Shown: piece after piece, positions 27,199 to 36,762 of the stretch
How the letters are laid out: each line of letters opens with the position of its first letter
Position numbering within the stretch: position 1 is the first letter of the stretch
Source: Bacteroidota bacterium
GTDB taxonomy: Bacteria > Bacteroidota > Bacteroidia > JABEUT01
NCBI GenBank assembly: GCA_013289475.1
Contig: JABCZW010000007.1
Coordinates: forward strand, 3,131 to 67,130
DNA: 64,000 nt
Reading direction: 5' to 3'
Position numbers and translations under genes: made by a program
Notes under the pieces: model-generated
Told to the model about the DNA's origin: nothing
Database searches by the model: none
The model's input: the letters and a program-made list of their open reading frames with translations, nothing else

Positions 27199-28805
27199 CA
27201 CAAGAACATGATTATATTGTGGTAGGTTCGGGCTGCACGGGAGCCATGGCTGCGCAAACACTTTTGGAAAAAGGTGTTAAAGTACTAATGCTTGATGTAG
27301 GTGAAAATGACTCTAAGTATAACAACTTAATTCCTCAAAAAAGCTTCAACTCTATTCGTGAAAATGATACTGAACAATACAAATATTGGCTGGGTGAAGA
27401 TTATGAGGGTATCTCTCTTGGCAAAACAGTCACGGGTGCACAACTAACCCCTGCCCGTAAATATGTAATTAAGAATACAGAAAAACTATTGCCACTTATA
27501 TCAGAAACATTCTTTCCTATGGAAAGTTTGAGCTATGGTGGGCTGGGTAATGCATGGGGACTGAATTGTGCAGTATTCTCAAAGAACGAACTTAAAGCTG
27601 CTGGTCTCCCTGCTGACAAAATGAATGAAGCCTATGGTGTTATTTGTAACCGTATAGGAATAAGCGGAGAAAAAGATGATGCCACGCCATATACATCAGG
27701 AGAATTAAAAGGCATTCAGAAAGCGGTGGAGATAGACAGTAACAGTAAAAATATTTATGAAAAATACAAGCAAACGAAAAGTAGCCTGAATGCAAAAGGC
27801 TTTTATATGGGTAAGCCTGCCCTTGCATTACTTACCGAAAAGAAAGATGGGAGAAATGCGATAGATTACAACGAAATGGATTTTTACGCCGACAATGGCG
27901 CTGCTTATAGGCCATCTATTACGGTTACACAATTAAAAAAACAGCCAAACTTTCAATACCTTTCAAATGCACTTGTTCTAAGCTACTCCAATAGTAGTCA
28001 TTCGGTCATTGTAAGTTATTTAGATACAATTGCTAATGAAAAGAAAACAATAAGATGTAAAAAACTTATTCTTTGTTCGGGCACTCTCGGCACAGCAAGG
28101 ATTGTATTACGTTCTTCAACAAACGAAACAAAGCGATTACCGCTTTTATGCAACCCGTACAAGTATTTTGCTCAAATACAACCATCACGTTTAGGCAAAA
28201 CAAATAATGCACCCCGAATGGCATTTGCGCAATTAGCATTATTCTATGATGCACAAAAGAACAATATGGATGTTGGAGCAGCATCTATATATAGCTATAA
28301 CTCACTTATGCTTTTCCGCACTATTAAAGAAGTCCCTCTCAACTTCAGAGAAGGAAGAAAAATAATGCAAACCCTTTTACCAGCTGTCTCAGTTATGGGC
28401 GTACATCATCCGGATAATGGCTCCGGTAGTAAATACCTTGAACTTGTAAAAGATAACAATTCCATAACCGGAGATAAGTTGAAAGCAGAATATGCTTTAA
28501 ATGAAAATGCCCTAAAACAAATATATAAACGCGAGAAGGAATATGCAGCCACTATGCGCAAACTAGGCTGCTATATGCTCAAAAAAATAGACCCGGGTTA
28601 TGGCTCAAGTATACACTACGCCGGTTGCCTGCCTTTCAATAAAGAAGAAAAAGAACATCATTTAAGCCCGAATGGAAGAGTATGTAATACCAAAAATGTT
28701 TTTGTAGCCGATGGTTCTGGTTTTACCTATTTACCTGCCAAGGGTATAACTTTATCTATAATGGCCAATGCTCATTTAACAGCACTAAACGCATTAAATA
28801 ACTAG
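27189..28805 (+). CDS. GMC-family FAD-dependent oxidoreductase
   Basis: 538 aa. Rossmann motif DYIVVGSGCTGAMAA..L.EKGVKVLMLDVGE. C-terminal GMC block SIHYAGC...NVFVADGSGFTYLPAKGITLSIMANA. Confidence 0.75.
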   Translation: MDLAQEHDYIVVGSGCTGAMAAQTLLEKGVKVLMLDVGENDSKYNNLIPQKSFNSIRENDTEQYKYWLGEDYEGISLGKTVTGAQLTPARKYVIKNTEKLLPLISETFFPMESLSYGGLGNAWGLNCAVFSKNELKAAGLPADKMNEAYGVICNRIGISGEKDDATPYTSGELKGIQKAVEIDSNSKNIYEKYKQTKSSLNAKGFYMGKPALALLTEKKDGRNAIDYNEMDFYADNGAAYRPSITVTQLKKQPNFQYLSNALVLSYSNSSHSVIVSYLDTIANEKKTIRCKKLILCSGTLGTARIVLRSSTNETKRLPLLCNPYKYFAQIQPSRLGKTNNAPRMAFAQLALFYDAQKNNMDVGAASIYSYNSLMLFRTIKEVPLNFREGRKIMQTLLPAVSVMGVHHPDNGSGSKYLELVKDNNSITGDKLKAEYALNENALKQIYKREKEYAATMRKLGCYMLKKIDPGYGSSIHYAGCLPFNKEEKEHHLSPNGRVCNTKNVFVADGSGFTYLPAKGITLSIMANAHLTALNALNN

Positions 28806-28807
28806 AC

Positions 28808-29650
28808 ATGCCAATAGTTGTTATTACAGGTGCAAATGGTTTTCTGGGTTCAAACCTGGTTAAATACTTTAGTCGAAAAGATTGGAAGGTGAGGGCATTA
28901 GTACATAATGAGCCGAAAGAAAAACTGCAAGGAGTAGAATACTTTAGCCATAATCTTTCATTAAATCCGGAGCAGAAATATTTTGAAGGAGCAGATTACT
29001 TTATACACTGCGCATATGCTAAAAATTCGGTGGATATCAATATTAACGGAACCACCAGCTTGCTTGAAATGAGTCGCAAATCGGGAGTAAAGAAGAATAT
29101 TTTTATTTCCAGTATATCATCTAATGAAAAAGCCCTCTCCATTTACTTAAAACAAAAATGGGCTTGCGAGAAGCTATTTAACCAACCTAATGACTTGGTA
29201 ATTCGTCCCGGACTTATACTTGGCAATGGAGGATTATTCGGGCAAATGCGTGATTATTTAAAAAAGAAAAGCCTCATCCCTATTATTTCTGGTGGGCAGC
29301 AATCTATGCAAACCATATGGATAGAAGATTTAGCACAAGCAATAGATAACTGCATAGATAAAAACATTTCAGGTTTGCTTACAATTGCATCACCTGAAAA
29401 GTTAACCTACAAACAATTTTACACCAACCTCTGTGCCACCCTAAACACAAAGCCTGCTTTTGTCTCAGTTCCTTTTGGTCTTCAGTATTTTTTACTTTCC
29501 CTTACTGAAACAATTGGCATAAAACTTGCCATATCACGTGAAAATTTACTGGGCCTGAAGCAATTAAAATATGTTGACACAACTGAAAACCTGAAGGAAA
29601 TTGGAATAAGCCTGAAAGAGTGCCAGGAATCTCTGAAAACTCTTGCTTAA
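28808..29650 (+). CDS. NAD-dependent epimerase/dehydratase-family (short SDR-like) protein
   Basis: 280 aa. VVITGANGFLGSNLV glycine-rich NAD motif. YxxxK candidate in SIYLKQK. Starts 2 nt after the GMC gene. Confidence 0.7.
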   Translation: MPIVVITGANGFLGSNLVKYFSRKDWKVRALVHNEPKEKLQGVEYFSHNLSLNPEQKYFEGADYFIHCAYAKNSVDININGTTSLLEMSRKSGVKKNIFISSISSNEKALSIYLKQKWACEKLFNQPNDLVIRPGLILGNGGLFGQMRDYLKKKSLIPIISGGQQSMQTIWIEDLAQAIDNCIDKNISGLLTIASPEKLTYKQFYTNLCATLNTKPAFVSVPFGLQYFLLSLTETIGIKLAISRENLLGLKQLKYVDTTENLKEIGISLKECQESLKTLA

Positions 29651-29738
29651 GGCATATAGCTTGTATTCATAGATATATCTCATTTTTTACTAACTTTACT
29701 ACTTATTGCTCTGTTTAACAGAGTATAAATCATATATA

Positions 29739-31982
29739 ATGAAAAAGATATTTACTCTTTGTACTCTTCTTATTGCTTCATTAACAGCAATGAGCCAGGC
29801 GCCCACTAAATTTGACTTTTATCTTGCTCAAAAGCAAGCTGCCTTGGCGCAAGACCGCATTGACGGCTCTCAAGTAATTGAGGTACTTGTACAGGGCAAT
29901 ATTGTAGGAATACAGGATTTAGTGCAGAAATGCGGCGGCACTTTTAAATACTCTTATGGCAACATAGCTGCTATACGCATACCATTAAAATCACTTTCTT
30001 CTTTTTACATAAGCAATTCAGTAAAACGTATGGAAGGAGCACCGCCTCATATAAAGGCCTGTAACGATACAATGAGAGCACATGCTCATATTGTAGAAGC
30101 CCAAATGGGAATGTCTCCGCTTACGCAGGAATACAAAGGAAAGGGAGTTATAGTGGGTATGATTGATTCAGGTATTGACTTTACTCACCCTGATTTTCTA
30201 GATAGCCTTGGTAAAAGCCGTATATTATCTATCTGGGATATGAATAAGTCAGTTAATTCATTTACGCCCAGCCCCTATGGTTACGGACAAGAATGGGACA
30301 AAGCAACATTAGACACGGCACTGGTACATAATAATGCCACAACAATTACTTACATGGACTCTTCATCTGGCCTGGAATATGGACATGGCACACACGTTTC
30401 GGGTGTAGCCACTGGTAATGGCAGGTCGAATGGAACATGTATTGGTGCAGCCCCTGAGGCCGATATTATGATGGTTACTTTTAACTTCAGTGTTCAAACT
30501 GCCACTGAGATGACAGATGCTACAAGCTTTATTTATAATAAAGCAAGTGCAATTGGAGAGCCTTGTGTAATTAATGCCAGCCTCGGTGATTATGACGGTT
30601 CGCATGATGGTAAAGATCTACAAGCACTTATGATAGATAGTATGATAACAGCAAAACCCGGCAGGGTATTTGTAGCTGCAGCGGGTAACGAAAGCTCTGT
30701 TCCTTATCACGTTCAGCACATAGAAACACCGGGCGATACTTCATTTACCTGGTTTCAATACTATTCTTATAATGGTCAGATAATTTTTGATGCCTGGGCC
30801 GATACTGCTAATTTCCGCCAAGTGCAGTTTGCTATTGGAGTTGACAGAGTTGCTCCTTACTCTACAATAACACATACTCCATTTGCAACCGTTTTAACCA
30901 ATCTTGGTAAATTTATAACTGATACGTTGAAAAACACCAATGGAAACCCTATTGGTGTTGTTAATTCTTATACAGAATTAATGGGTGGTCAATACTCGCT
31001 TCAGGTTCAAATTCTACCAGATTCAACACAGTTTGGCAAAATTGGAAATGACTCATCATACTATTGGAGCCTTATCACTACCGGTACAGGAAAGATAGAT
31101 TGCTGGTACCCAGACCCAACACCAATGGTTAACTCAGGACTTCCTACTGCTATTGAATTTCCGGAAATAAAAAATTATAAAATGCCTGATACCATTTCGA
31201 CGCTGTGCAGCAGTTTTCAGTGTTCACCTAATGTAATTACCGTTGGTGACTTCTTTAACCGTAAAACATTTATTGATTATGATACCGCAATGGTAGCACT
31301 TTATGGCCCTACAATTAATGAGGGAGAGCTTACATCTTATTCAGGTGTGGGTCCTACAAGAGATGACAGGATTAAGCCTGACATTACTTCGCCCGGCGAT
31401 TTTTGTATGTCGGTATTAGCTACCCCGTTGCGCTCTTTGTACATAACTTATGCACCTAATAAAATTGATACAGGAGCATGGCATACTTTTGATGGCGGCA
31501 CTTCTACCGCTAGCCCAGGAACAGCGGGAGCCGCCGCGCTTTATTTAGAAATGCATCCAACCGCTACCAATATTGAAGTAAAAAATGCAATTATTTACTG
31601 CGCCGACCAAGATGCATACACAGGGGCAACCCCGAATAATTCGTATGGCTATGGCAAAGTAGATGCATTTAAAATGCTCACGGGCTGTGCTGGATTAAGT
31701 ATTCCTTCCATACAAGCACCGGCAGTTACACTTAATGCCTACCCTAACCCTATGAAGGATGGTGCCGTGATCGATTATGATTTCTCATCGGTAAAAGAAT
31801 TCTGTTATGCCTCTATAACTATTTATGATGTTAATGGTAAACAGGTTAAAAACATTGAACTAAAAAATCCTCATGGATCTGTTTCGGTTAGTGCAGCTGG
31901 CATGGCTGCAGGTACATATTTTTATAGCCTGGTTGTAGACAACAAAAGATTACAAACTGATAAGATACTGGTAATAAAATAA
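29739..31982 (+). CDS. Secreted S8 (subtilisin-family) peptidase with T9SS C-terminal sorting domain
   Basis: Signal peptide MKKIFTLCTLLIASLTAMSQA. Triad contexts GMIDSGID, HGTHVSG and GGTSTASPGTAG, with oxyanion AAAGNE. C-terminal about 80 aa (LNAYPNPMKDGAVIDYDF...GTYFYSLVVDNKRLQTDKILVIK) fits a Por/T9SS CTD. I prefer the ATG at 29739 over the 29706 start. Confidence 0.85.
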   Translation: MKKIFTLCTLLIASLTAMSQAPTKFDFYLAQKQAALAQDRIDGSQVIEVLVQGNIVGIQDLVQKCGGTFKYSYGNIAAIRIPLKSLSSFYISNSVKRMEGAPPHIKACNDTMRAHAHIVEAQMGMSPLTQEYKGKGVIVGMIDSGIDFTHPDFLDSLGKSRILSIWDMNKSVNSFTPSPYGYGQEWDKATLDTALVHNNATTITYMDSSSGLEYGHGTHVSGVATGNGRSNGTCIGAAPEADIMMVTFNFSVQTATEMTDATSFIYNKASAIGEPCVINASLGDYDGSHDGKDLQALMIDSMITAKPGRVFVAAAGNESSVPYHVQHIETPGDTSFTWFQYYSYNGQIIFDAWADTANFRQVQFAIGVDRVAPYSTITHTPFATVLTNLGKFITDTLKNTNGNPIGVVNSYTELMGGQYSLQVQILPDSTQFGKIGNDSSYYWSLITTGTGKIDCWYPDPTPMVNSGLPTAIEFPEIKNYKMPDTISTLCSSFQCSPNVITVGDFFNRKTFIDYDTAMVALYGPTINEGELTSYSGVGPTRDDRIKPDITSPGDFCMSVLATPLRSLYITYAPNKIDTGAWHTFDGGTSTASPGTAGAAALYLEMHPTATNIEVKNAIIYCADQDAYTGATPNNSYGYGKVDAFKMLTGCAGLSIPSIQAPAVTLNAYPNPMKDGAVIDYDFSSVKEFCYASITIYDVNGKQVKNIELKNPHGSVSVSAAGMAAGTYFYSLVVDNKRLQTDKILVIK

Positions 31983-31984
31983 GT

Positions 31985-32263
31985 ATGAAACGCTTTTTTG
32001 AAAGGTCCTTTAATTTCTCACTGGTAATGGGTGCGCTTGCAGTACTATTCACCATTGGGTGCTTAAGCAAACCCATGTTTATCTTCCCTGCATTGGGTGC
32101 CGGATTTTTGGGTTTCATACTCTGCTGTGCTAATATTGTCTTCACACAAAAATTTAATTTAAAGCAGCAACCGGCAGGCATGATGATCTTAAGCCTTTTT
32201 CTGAATTCGGTACCACTCTTTTATATGATGGTGCAAATTATGCAACACCAGGGCGGCAAATGA
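31985..32263 (+). CDS. Small three-TM membrane protein
   Basis: 92 aa with three hydrophobic helices. Starts 2 nt after the S8 stop and ends 7 nt before recQ. Confidence 0.4.
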   Translation: MKRFFERSFNFSLVMGALAVLFTIGCLSKPMFIFPALGAGFLGFILCCANIVFTQKFNLKQQPAGMMILSLFLNSVPLFYMMVQIMQHQGGK

Positions 32264-32270
32264 CGCACGC

Positions 32271-34178
32271 ATGGAAAGCATTAACCAAATACTTACCCGT
32301 TATTGGGGGCACACTCACTTTCGCCCCTTACAGGAAGACATTATAAATTCTGCACTGGAAGGTAAGGATACCCTTGCCCTGCTTCCAACAGGCGGAGGAA
32401 AATCATTATGCTTTCAAATACCTGCCCTTGCCAAAGAAGGTATATGTATAGTTGTTTGTCCACTAATTGCATTAATGAAGGACCAGGTGGAGTTCCTGGT
32501 AAAAAAAGGCATTCGGGCAACCATGCTGCATTCGTTTATGACCAGCAGAGAAATTGATATTACGCTCGATAACTGCATACATGGGGGATACAAGTTCCTA
32601 TATGTTTCACCTGAAAGGCTAACTACGGATATATTCATTGCTCGTGTTCAGCAAATGAATGTGAATTTTATTGCTGTTGATGAAGCGCACTGTATATCTC
32701 AATGGGGTTATGACTTTCGCCCATCATACCTGCAAATAGCTGAACTACGAAAACTTTTTCCTGAAGTACCTGTCGTGGCATTAACAGCCAGTGCCACACC
32801 GGAAGTAATTGCCGACATACAGCAAAAACTCGAATTCAAAAAAGAGAATGCCATCAAATTAAGTTTTGAAAGAAAGAACCTGGCATACGTTGTGCAAAAG
32901 GAAGAGGATAAATCGGTAAGGTTAATGAAATTAGTAAACAATGTAAAAGGTTCGGGAATTATATATGCACGCAACAGAAGAAAGACAGAAGAAGTAGCAA
33001 TTTTTTTGAAACAAAACGGAGTATCGGCTGATTATTACCACGCAGGATTATTGCATACAGAACGCAGTAGTAAGCAGGAAGCATGGTTGAATGACAGAAT
33101 ACGCGTAATAGTTTGCACTAATGCCTTTGGCATGGGTATAAATAAAGCTAATGTGCGCTTTGTTGTGCATTTGGATATACCCGATAGCCTGGAGGCCTAT
33201 TTTCAGGAAGCGGGCCGAGCAGGACGCGATGAGAAAAAAGCTTTTGCTGTTTTGCTTTATAACGATGCCGACAGAATTAATTTAGAACGCACCATTGACC
33301 ATGCTTTCCCACCCGTTGATGATATAAAAAAAACGTACGTAGCACTTTGTAGTTATTTTAACATGGCTATGGGTTCTGGTAAGGGCAGCAGCCACGATTT
33401 TGACATTACAGAGTTTTGTCAGCACTTTGCTATGGATGCAGGCGTAGTTGCTAATAGTATAAAGTTTTTAGAACGGGAAGGTTATATAATGGCAACCGAA
33501 TCTTTCTATAGGCCATCGAGGGTACATGTGTTGATTAGTAATAAAGACATGTATCGATTCCAGGTGGAACACCCAAACTACGATGCTTTTGTAAAACTAT
33601 TACTCCGCTCTTACGAAGGCATTTTTACCAACTATGTACCCATAAATGAGTACAACCTTGCTAAACGATCTACACTAAAAGAAGATGAGATAAAGAGCTT
33701 ATTGCAGCGACTAGATAAAATGACAGTTATTTCATACCTGCCACAATCGAGCAAGCCACAGATAATATTTACCGACGAGGCACTGCACCCTGGCAGTATA
33801 CTAATTTCCAAAACAAATTATACTGAGCGGAAAGAACGCGCTATACAGCGAATGGAATGGGTAATACACTATGTAACCAATACCCGAAAATGCAGAAGTG
33901 AGTTACTCCTCTCCTACTTTGGTGAAGCGGAAGAAGTGCGTTGCGGCATTTGCGATGTTTGCCTGGAACGTAATAAGCTTGAATTAAGCGATCTGGAATT
34001 TGCAACCATAGCGGCACAGCTAAAAGAAAAGCTCAGCAAAAAACCAATGGAGCTTACCGATCTCGTGCATAGCGTTAAACAAGTGCGTGAAGATAAAATA
34101 ATCAAAACCGTGCAATGGCTTATGGACAATGGCAAATTAGAGAATGATGAAGAGAATAAGTTAGTCTGGAAAAAGTAA
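32271..34178 (+). CDS. recQ: RecQ-family ATP-dependent DNA helicase
   Basis: 635 aa. FRPLQ, PTGGGKSLCFQ (Walker A), VDEAHCISQWGYDFRPSY (DEAH), TATA-like LTASAT, QEAGRAGRD, and the RecQ-Ct zinc motif CRSELLLSYFGE..RCGICDVC. Confidence 0.9.
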   Translation: MESINQILTRYWGHTHFRPLQEDIINSALEGKDTLALLPTGGGKSLCFQIPALAKEGICIVVCPLIALMKDQVEFLVKKGIRATMLHSFMTSREIDITLDNCIHGGYKFLYVSPERLTTDIFIARVQQMNVNFIAVDEAHCISQWGYDFRPSYLQIAELRKLFPEVPVVALTASATPEVIADIQQKLEFKKENAIKLSFERKNLAYVVQKEEDKSVRLMKLVNNVKGSGIIYARNRRKTEEVAIFLKQNGVSADYYHAGLLHTERSSKQEAWLNDRIRVIVCTNAFGMGINKANVRFVVHLDIPDSLEAYFQEAGRAGRDEKKAFAVLLYNDADRINLERTIDHAFPPVDDIKKTYVALCSYFNMAMGSGKGSSHDFDITEFCQHFAMDAGVVANSIKFLEREGYIMATESFYRPSRVHVLISNKDMYRFQVEHPNYDAFVKLLLRSYEGIFTNYVPINEYNLAKRSTLKEDEIKSLLQRLDKMTVISYLPQSSKPQIIFTDEALHPGSILISKTNYTERKERAIQRMEWVIHYVTNTRKCRSELLLSYFGEAEEVRCGICDVCLERNKLELSDLEFATIAAQLKEKLSKKPMELTDLVHSVKQVREDKIIKTVQWLMDNGKLENDEENKLVWKK

Positions 34179-34183
34179 ACCAA

Positions 34184-34906
34184 TTACTTATGCCCCAATG
34201 GCACGAGGTAATTACCTTCCATAACTGGCACCACAGGAGCCTGGTCAGCCTTTAAACAGAATTTAATATCATCCTGTAAGTTAAGTTTGGCAAGGCGTTT
34301 AAAGTGAGACGAATTCTCCATAAAACCATAAAGATCTTTTTGTGCCAATTCATACAATGACTTGGATGCCATAGTTGAGTCATAATTGGTCTCGAACATA
34401 CCGGTACTGTCTAATTTTGATGCAATTGCACCCGCACATAAGGTATCTTCAAGATTAAAGAAGTCTTTCCAACCTGCACAAAGCAAAATAATATTCTTAT
34501 GCTGTACTGCTAGCCACTGGCATAAAGCAGTAAGGTTTAAAAATGAACCAATTGCAATTTTATAAGCATCGCGTGCAACGCGAATAGCTTGAGTACCGTT
34601 TGTAGTAGTAAATACAATGATCTTGCCTTTTAACTTAGGCTGCATATATTCAAAAGGAGAATTACCCAGATCGAAGCCATCCACCTTGTGAGCCTGGCGT
34701 TCTGCGGCAACCAAAAATCCCCTCGATTGGAAATTCCTCGCCTCAACCACTGAAGCTACAGGCAATATTTTTTCAACACCATAATGCAAAGCAGTGCACA
34801 TAGATGATGTTGCGCGAAGTACGTCAATTACCACAACTATGCATTCTTCATGCGGATATAAAGGAAACGAATGGGGTGAAAAACAAACTTCGATTGTATT
34901 CTTCAT
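34184..34906 (-). CDS. comB: 2-phosphosulfolactate phosphatase (ComB) family protein
   Basis: 240 aa. VVIDVLRATSS, TTTNGT and LLCAG motifs of the ComB family. Its ATG directly abuts the gcvT stop. Confidence 0.75.
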   Translation of the reverse strand: MKNTIEVCFSPHSFPLYPHEECIVVVIDVLRATSSMCTALHYGVEKILPVASVVEARNFQSRGFLVAAERQAHKVDGFDLGNSPFEYMQPKLKGKIIVFTTTNGTQAIRVARDAYKIAIGSFLNLTALCQWLAVQHKNIILLCAGWKDFFNLEDTLCAGAIASKLDSTGMFETNYDSTMASKSLYELAQKDLYGFMENSSHFKRLAKLNLQDDIKFCLKADQAPVVPVMEGNYLVPLGHK

Positions 34907-35992
34907 TTATGCAGATTTATAGAATGGAGTTTTTACAACAACTGCCTTTATCAGCTTATCACGTATCTTAATATATATTTCAGTATCGGGTTTTGCTAAT
35001 TCGGTTTTCACGTAACCCATACCAATTGCCTGCTGCAACGATGGAGATTGTGTACCCGAAGTAACCACACCAATAGCATTTCCTTGTGCATCGGTAATTT
35101 CGTAACCATGGCGTGGAATACCTTTATCTATCATGGTAAAACCAACCAGTTTACGTTTTACACCATTTTTCTTTTGTTCTTCTAATGCCTTCGAATTGGT
35201 AAATGCTTTGGTGAATTTTGTAATCCAGCCCAAGCCTGCTTCAATTGGTGAAGTAGTATCATCAATATCGTTGCCATATAAACAGAAAGCCATTTCAAGC
35301 CTCAACGTATCGCGGGCACCAAGACCAATTGGCTTTAAGCCGTCAGCACGGCCTGCATCCATAATGGCATCCCATATTTTAGCAGCATCTTCGTTCTTGC
35401 AATAAATTTCAAATCCACCTGCACCTGTATAACCTGTGTTAGAAATAATAACTCCGTTAATTCCGCAAAACTGACCAATGGTAAAGTTGTAATAAGGAAT
35501 CTTGGTTAAGTCAACCGGTGTAAGCTTACCCAAAATAGCAGTAGCCTTCGGCCCTTGTATTGCCATTAACGAATATTCATCCGATACATTTTTCATATCG
35601 ACACCCATATCGTTATGCGACTTGATCCAGCTCCAGTCCTTTTCAATGTTCGACGCATTTACCACAAGCATATACGTTTCCTTATCCATGCAATAAACAA
35701 GTAAATCATCTACAATGCCGCCTTTATCATTTGGCAGGCATGAATACTGGATCTTGCCGGAAGAAAGCACAGAAGCATCGTTCGATGTCACCTTCTGAAT
35801 AAGATCTACTGCTTTGGGGCCTTTCAAAATAAATTCGCCCATGTGTGATACGTCGAACATACCTGCAAGATTACGCACGGTAATGTGTTCATCGTTAAGG
35901 CCCGTATATGAAACAGGCATATTATAGCCTGCAAATTCAACCATTTTTGCTCCTAAAGCAATGTGTTTCTGTGTAAGCGCTGTAGTCTTCAT
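34907..35992 (-). CDS. gcvT: Glycine cleavage system aminomethyltransferase T
   Basis: 361 aa. [36 protein letters not shown] and ARDTLRLE. Confidence 0.92.
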   Translation of the reverse strand: MKTTALTQKHIALGAKMVEFAGYNMPVSYTGLNDEHITVRNLAGMFDVSHMGEFILKGPKAVDLIQKVTSNDASVLSSGKIQYSCLPNDKGGIVDDLLVYCMDKETYMLVVNASNIEKDWSWIKSHNDMGVDMKNVSDEYSLMAIQGPKATAILGKLTPVDLTKIPYYNFTIGQFCGINGVIISNTGYTGAGGFEIYCKNEDAAKIWDAIMDAGRADGLKPIGLGARDTLRLEMAFCLYGNDIDDTTSPIEAGLGWITKFTKAFTNSKALEEQKKNGVKRKLVGFTMIDKGIPRHGYEITDAQGNAIGVVTSGTQSPSLQQAIGMGYVKTELAKPDTEIYIKIRDKLIKAVVVKTPFYKSA

Positions 35993-36711
35993 TGTTTAAT
36001 GTCAAATAAATTATTTACTCCGAAAATTTTGCGCTGGGCCAGGAAACCTTCAGCATATTTAGCACCAATAGCATAACCAAGCTCCGAATCGCGGTTCTTG
36101 ATATGCTGAATAAACTCAGGATTTGTCAGAACCGTTTCAGGTTCTTTTGAATTAGGGTCATGAAACTGCGATTTGAATGCTTTAATAGCTTCAATCTTTT
36201 GCTCCATTTCATCGCTTGTATCAACCACAAAACTGCAATCGTAGCTAAAGTGCTGCATATAGTAGAATACACGGCCCGGGCGGAAAGCTTCTTGCTTCTT
36301 CCCTTCCCACTCCGTTTCTATTTTAACCAGTCCGGCATAAAACCAGGCTTCTGAAACCATTTGAGATGCACGTCCATGATCAGGATGCCTGTCGTGCGGT
36401 ACGTTAGCAACAACTATCTCAGGCCTGTACTGGCGTATCTTTTGAATTATCTTGATGCGGTGCTCTTCGTCATTCTTAAAATAACCATCCATCATACCCA
36501 GGTTATCACGTACTGATGCACCAATAATTTTAGCTGCGTTAGCTGCTTCTACTTTGCGTAATTCCGCACTCCCACGGGTGCCCAATTGGCCTTCTGTTAA
36601 ATCTACAATTCCAACTTTTTTACCTGCTTTTACAGCTTTAATAAGCGTACCGGCGCAAGAGAGTTCTATATCATCCGGATGGGCACCAAAAGCAAGTATA
36701 TCGAGTTTCAT
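35989..36711 (-). CDS. bshB1: Bacillithiol biosynthesis deacetylase BshB1 (LmbE/PIG-L family)
   Basis: [41 protein letters not shown] prefer the ATG at 36711 over the TTG at 36738. The stop overlaps the gcvT ATG by 4 nt. Confidence 0.8.
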   Translation of the reverse strand: MKLDILAFGAHPDDIELSCAGTLIKAVKAGKKVGIVDLTEGQLGTRGSAELRKVEAANAAKIIGASVRDNLGMMDGYFKNDEEHRIKIIQKIRQYRPEIVVANVPHDRHPDHGRASQMVSEAWFYAGLVKIETEWEGKKQEAFRPGRVFYYMQHFSYDCSFVVDTSDEMEQKIEAIKAFKSQFHDPNSKEPETVLTNPEFIQHIKNRDSELGYAIGAKYAEGFLAQRKIFGVNNLFDIKQ

Positions 36712-36762
36712 AATGTCCTGTATCTTTCTGGGCGACAAAAGTAAGGAAATAATGCAATTTTC

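Noticed and set aside
29711-29725. Short hairpin CTCTG-TTTAA-CAGAG after the epimerase gene, considered as a terminator
   Set aside because: The stem is only 5 bp, with no following T-run, and it overlaps the S8 gene leader.
35985-36000. Glycine riboswitch expected upstream of gcvT
   Set aside because: The gcvT start overlaps the bshB1 stop by 4 nt, so there is no leader in which a riboswitch could reside.
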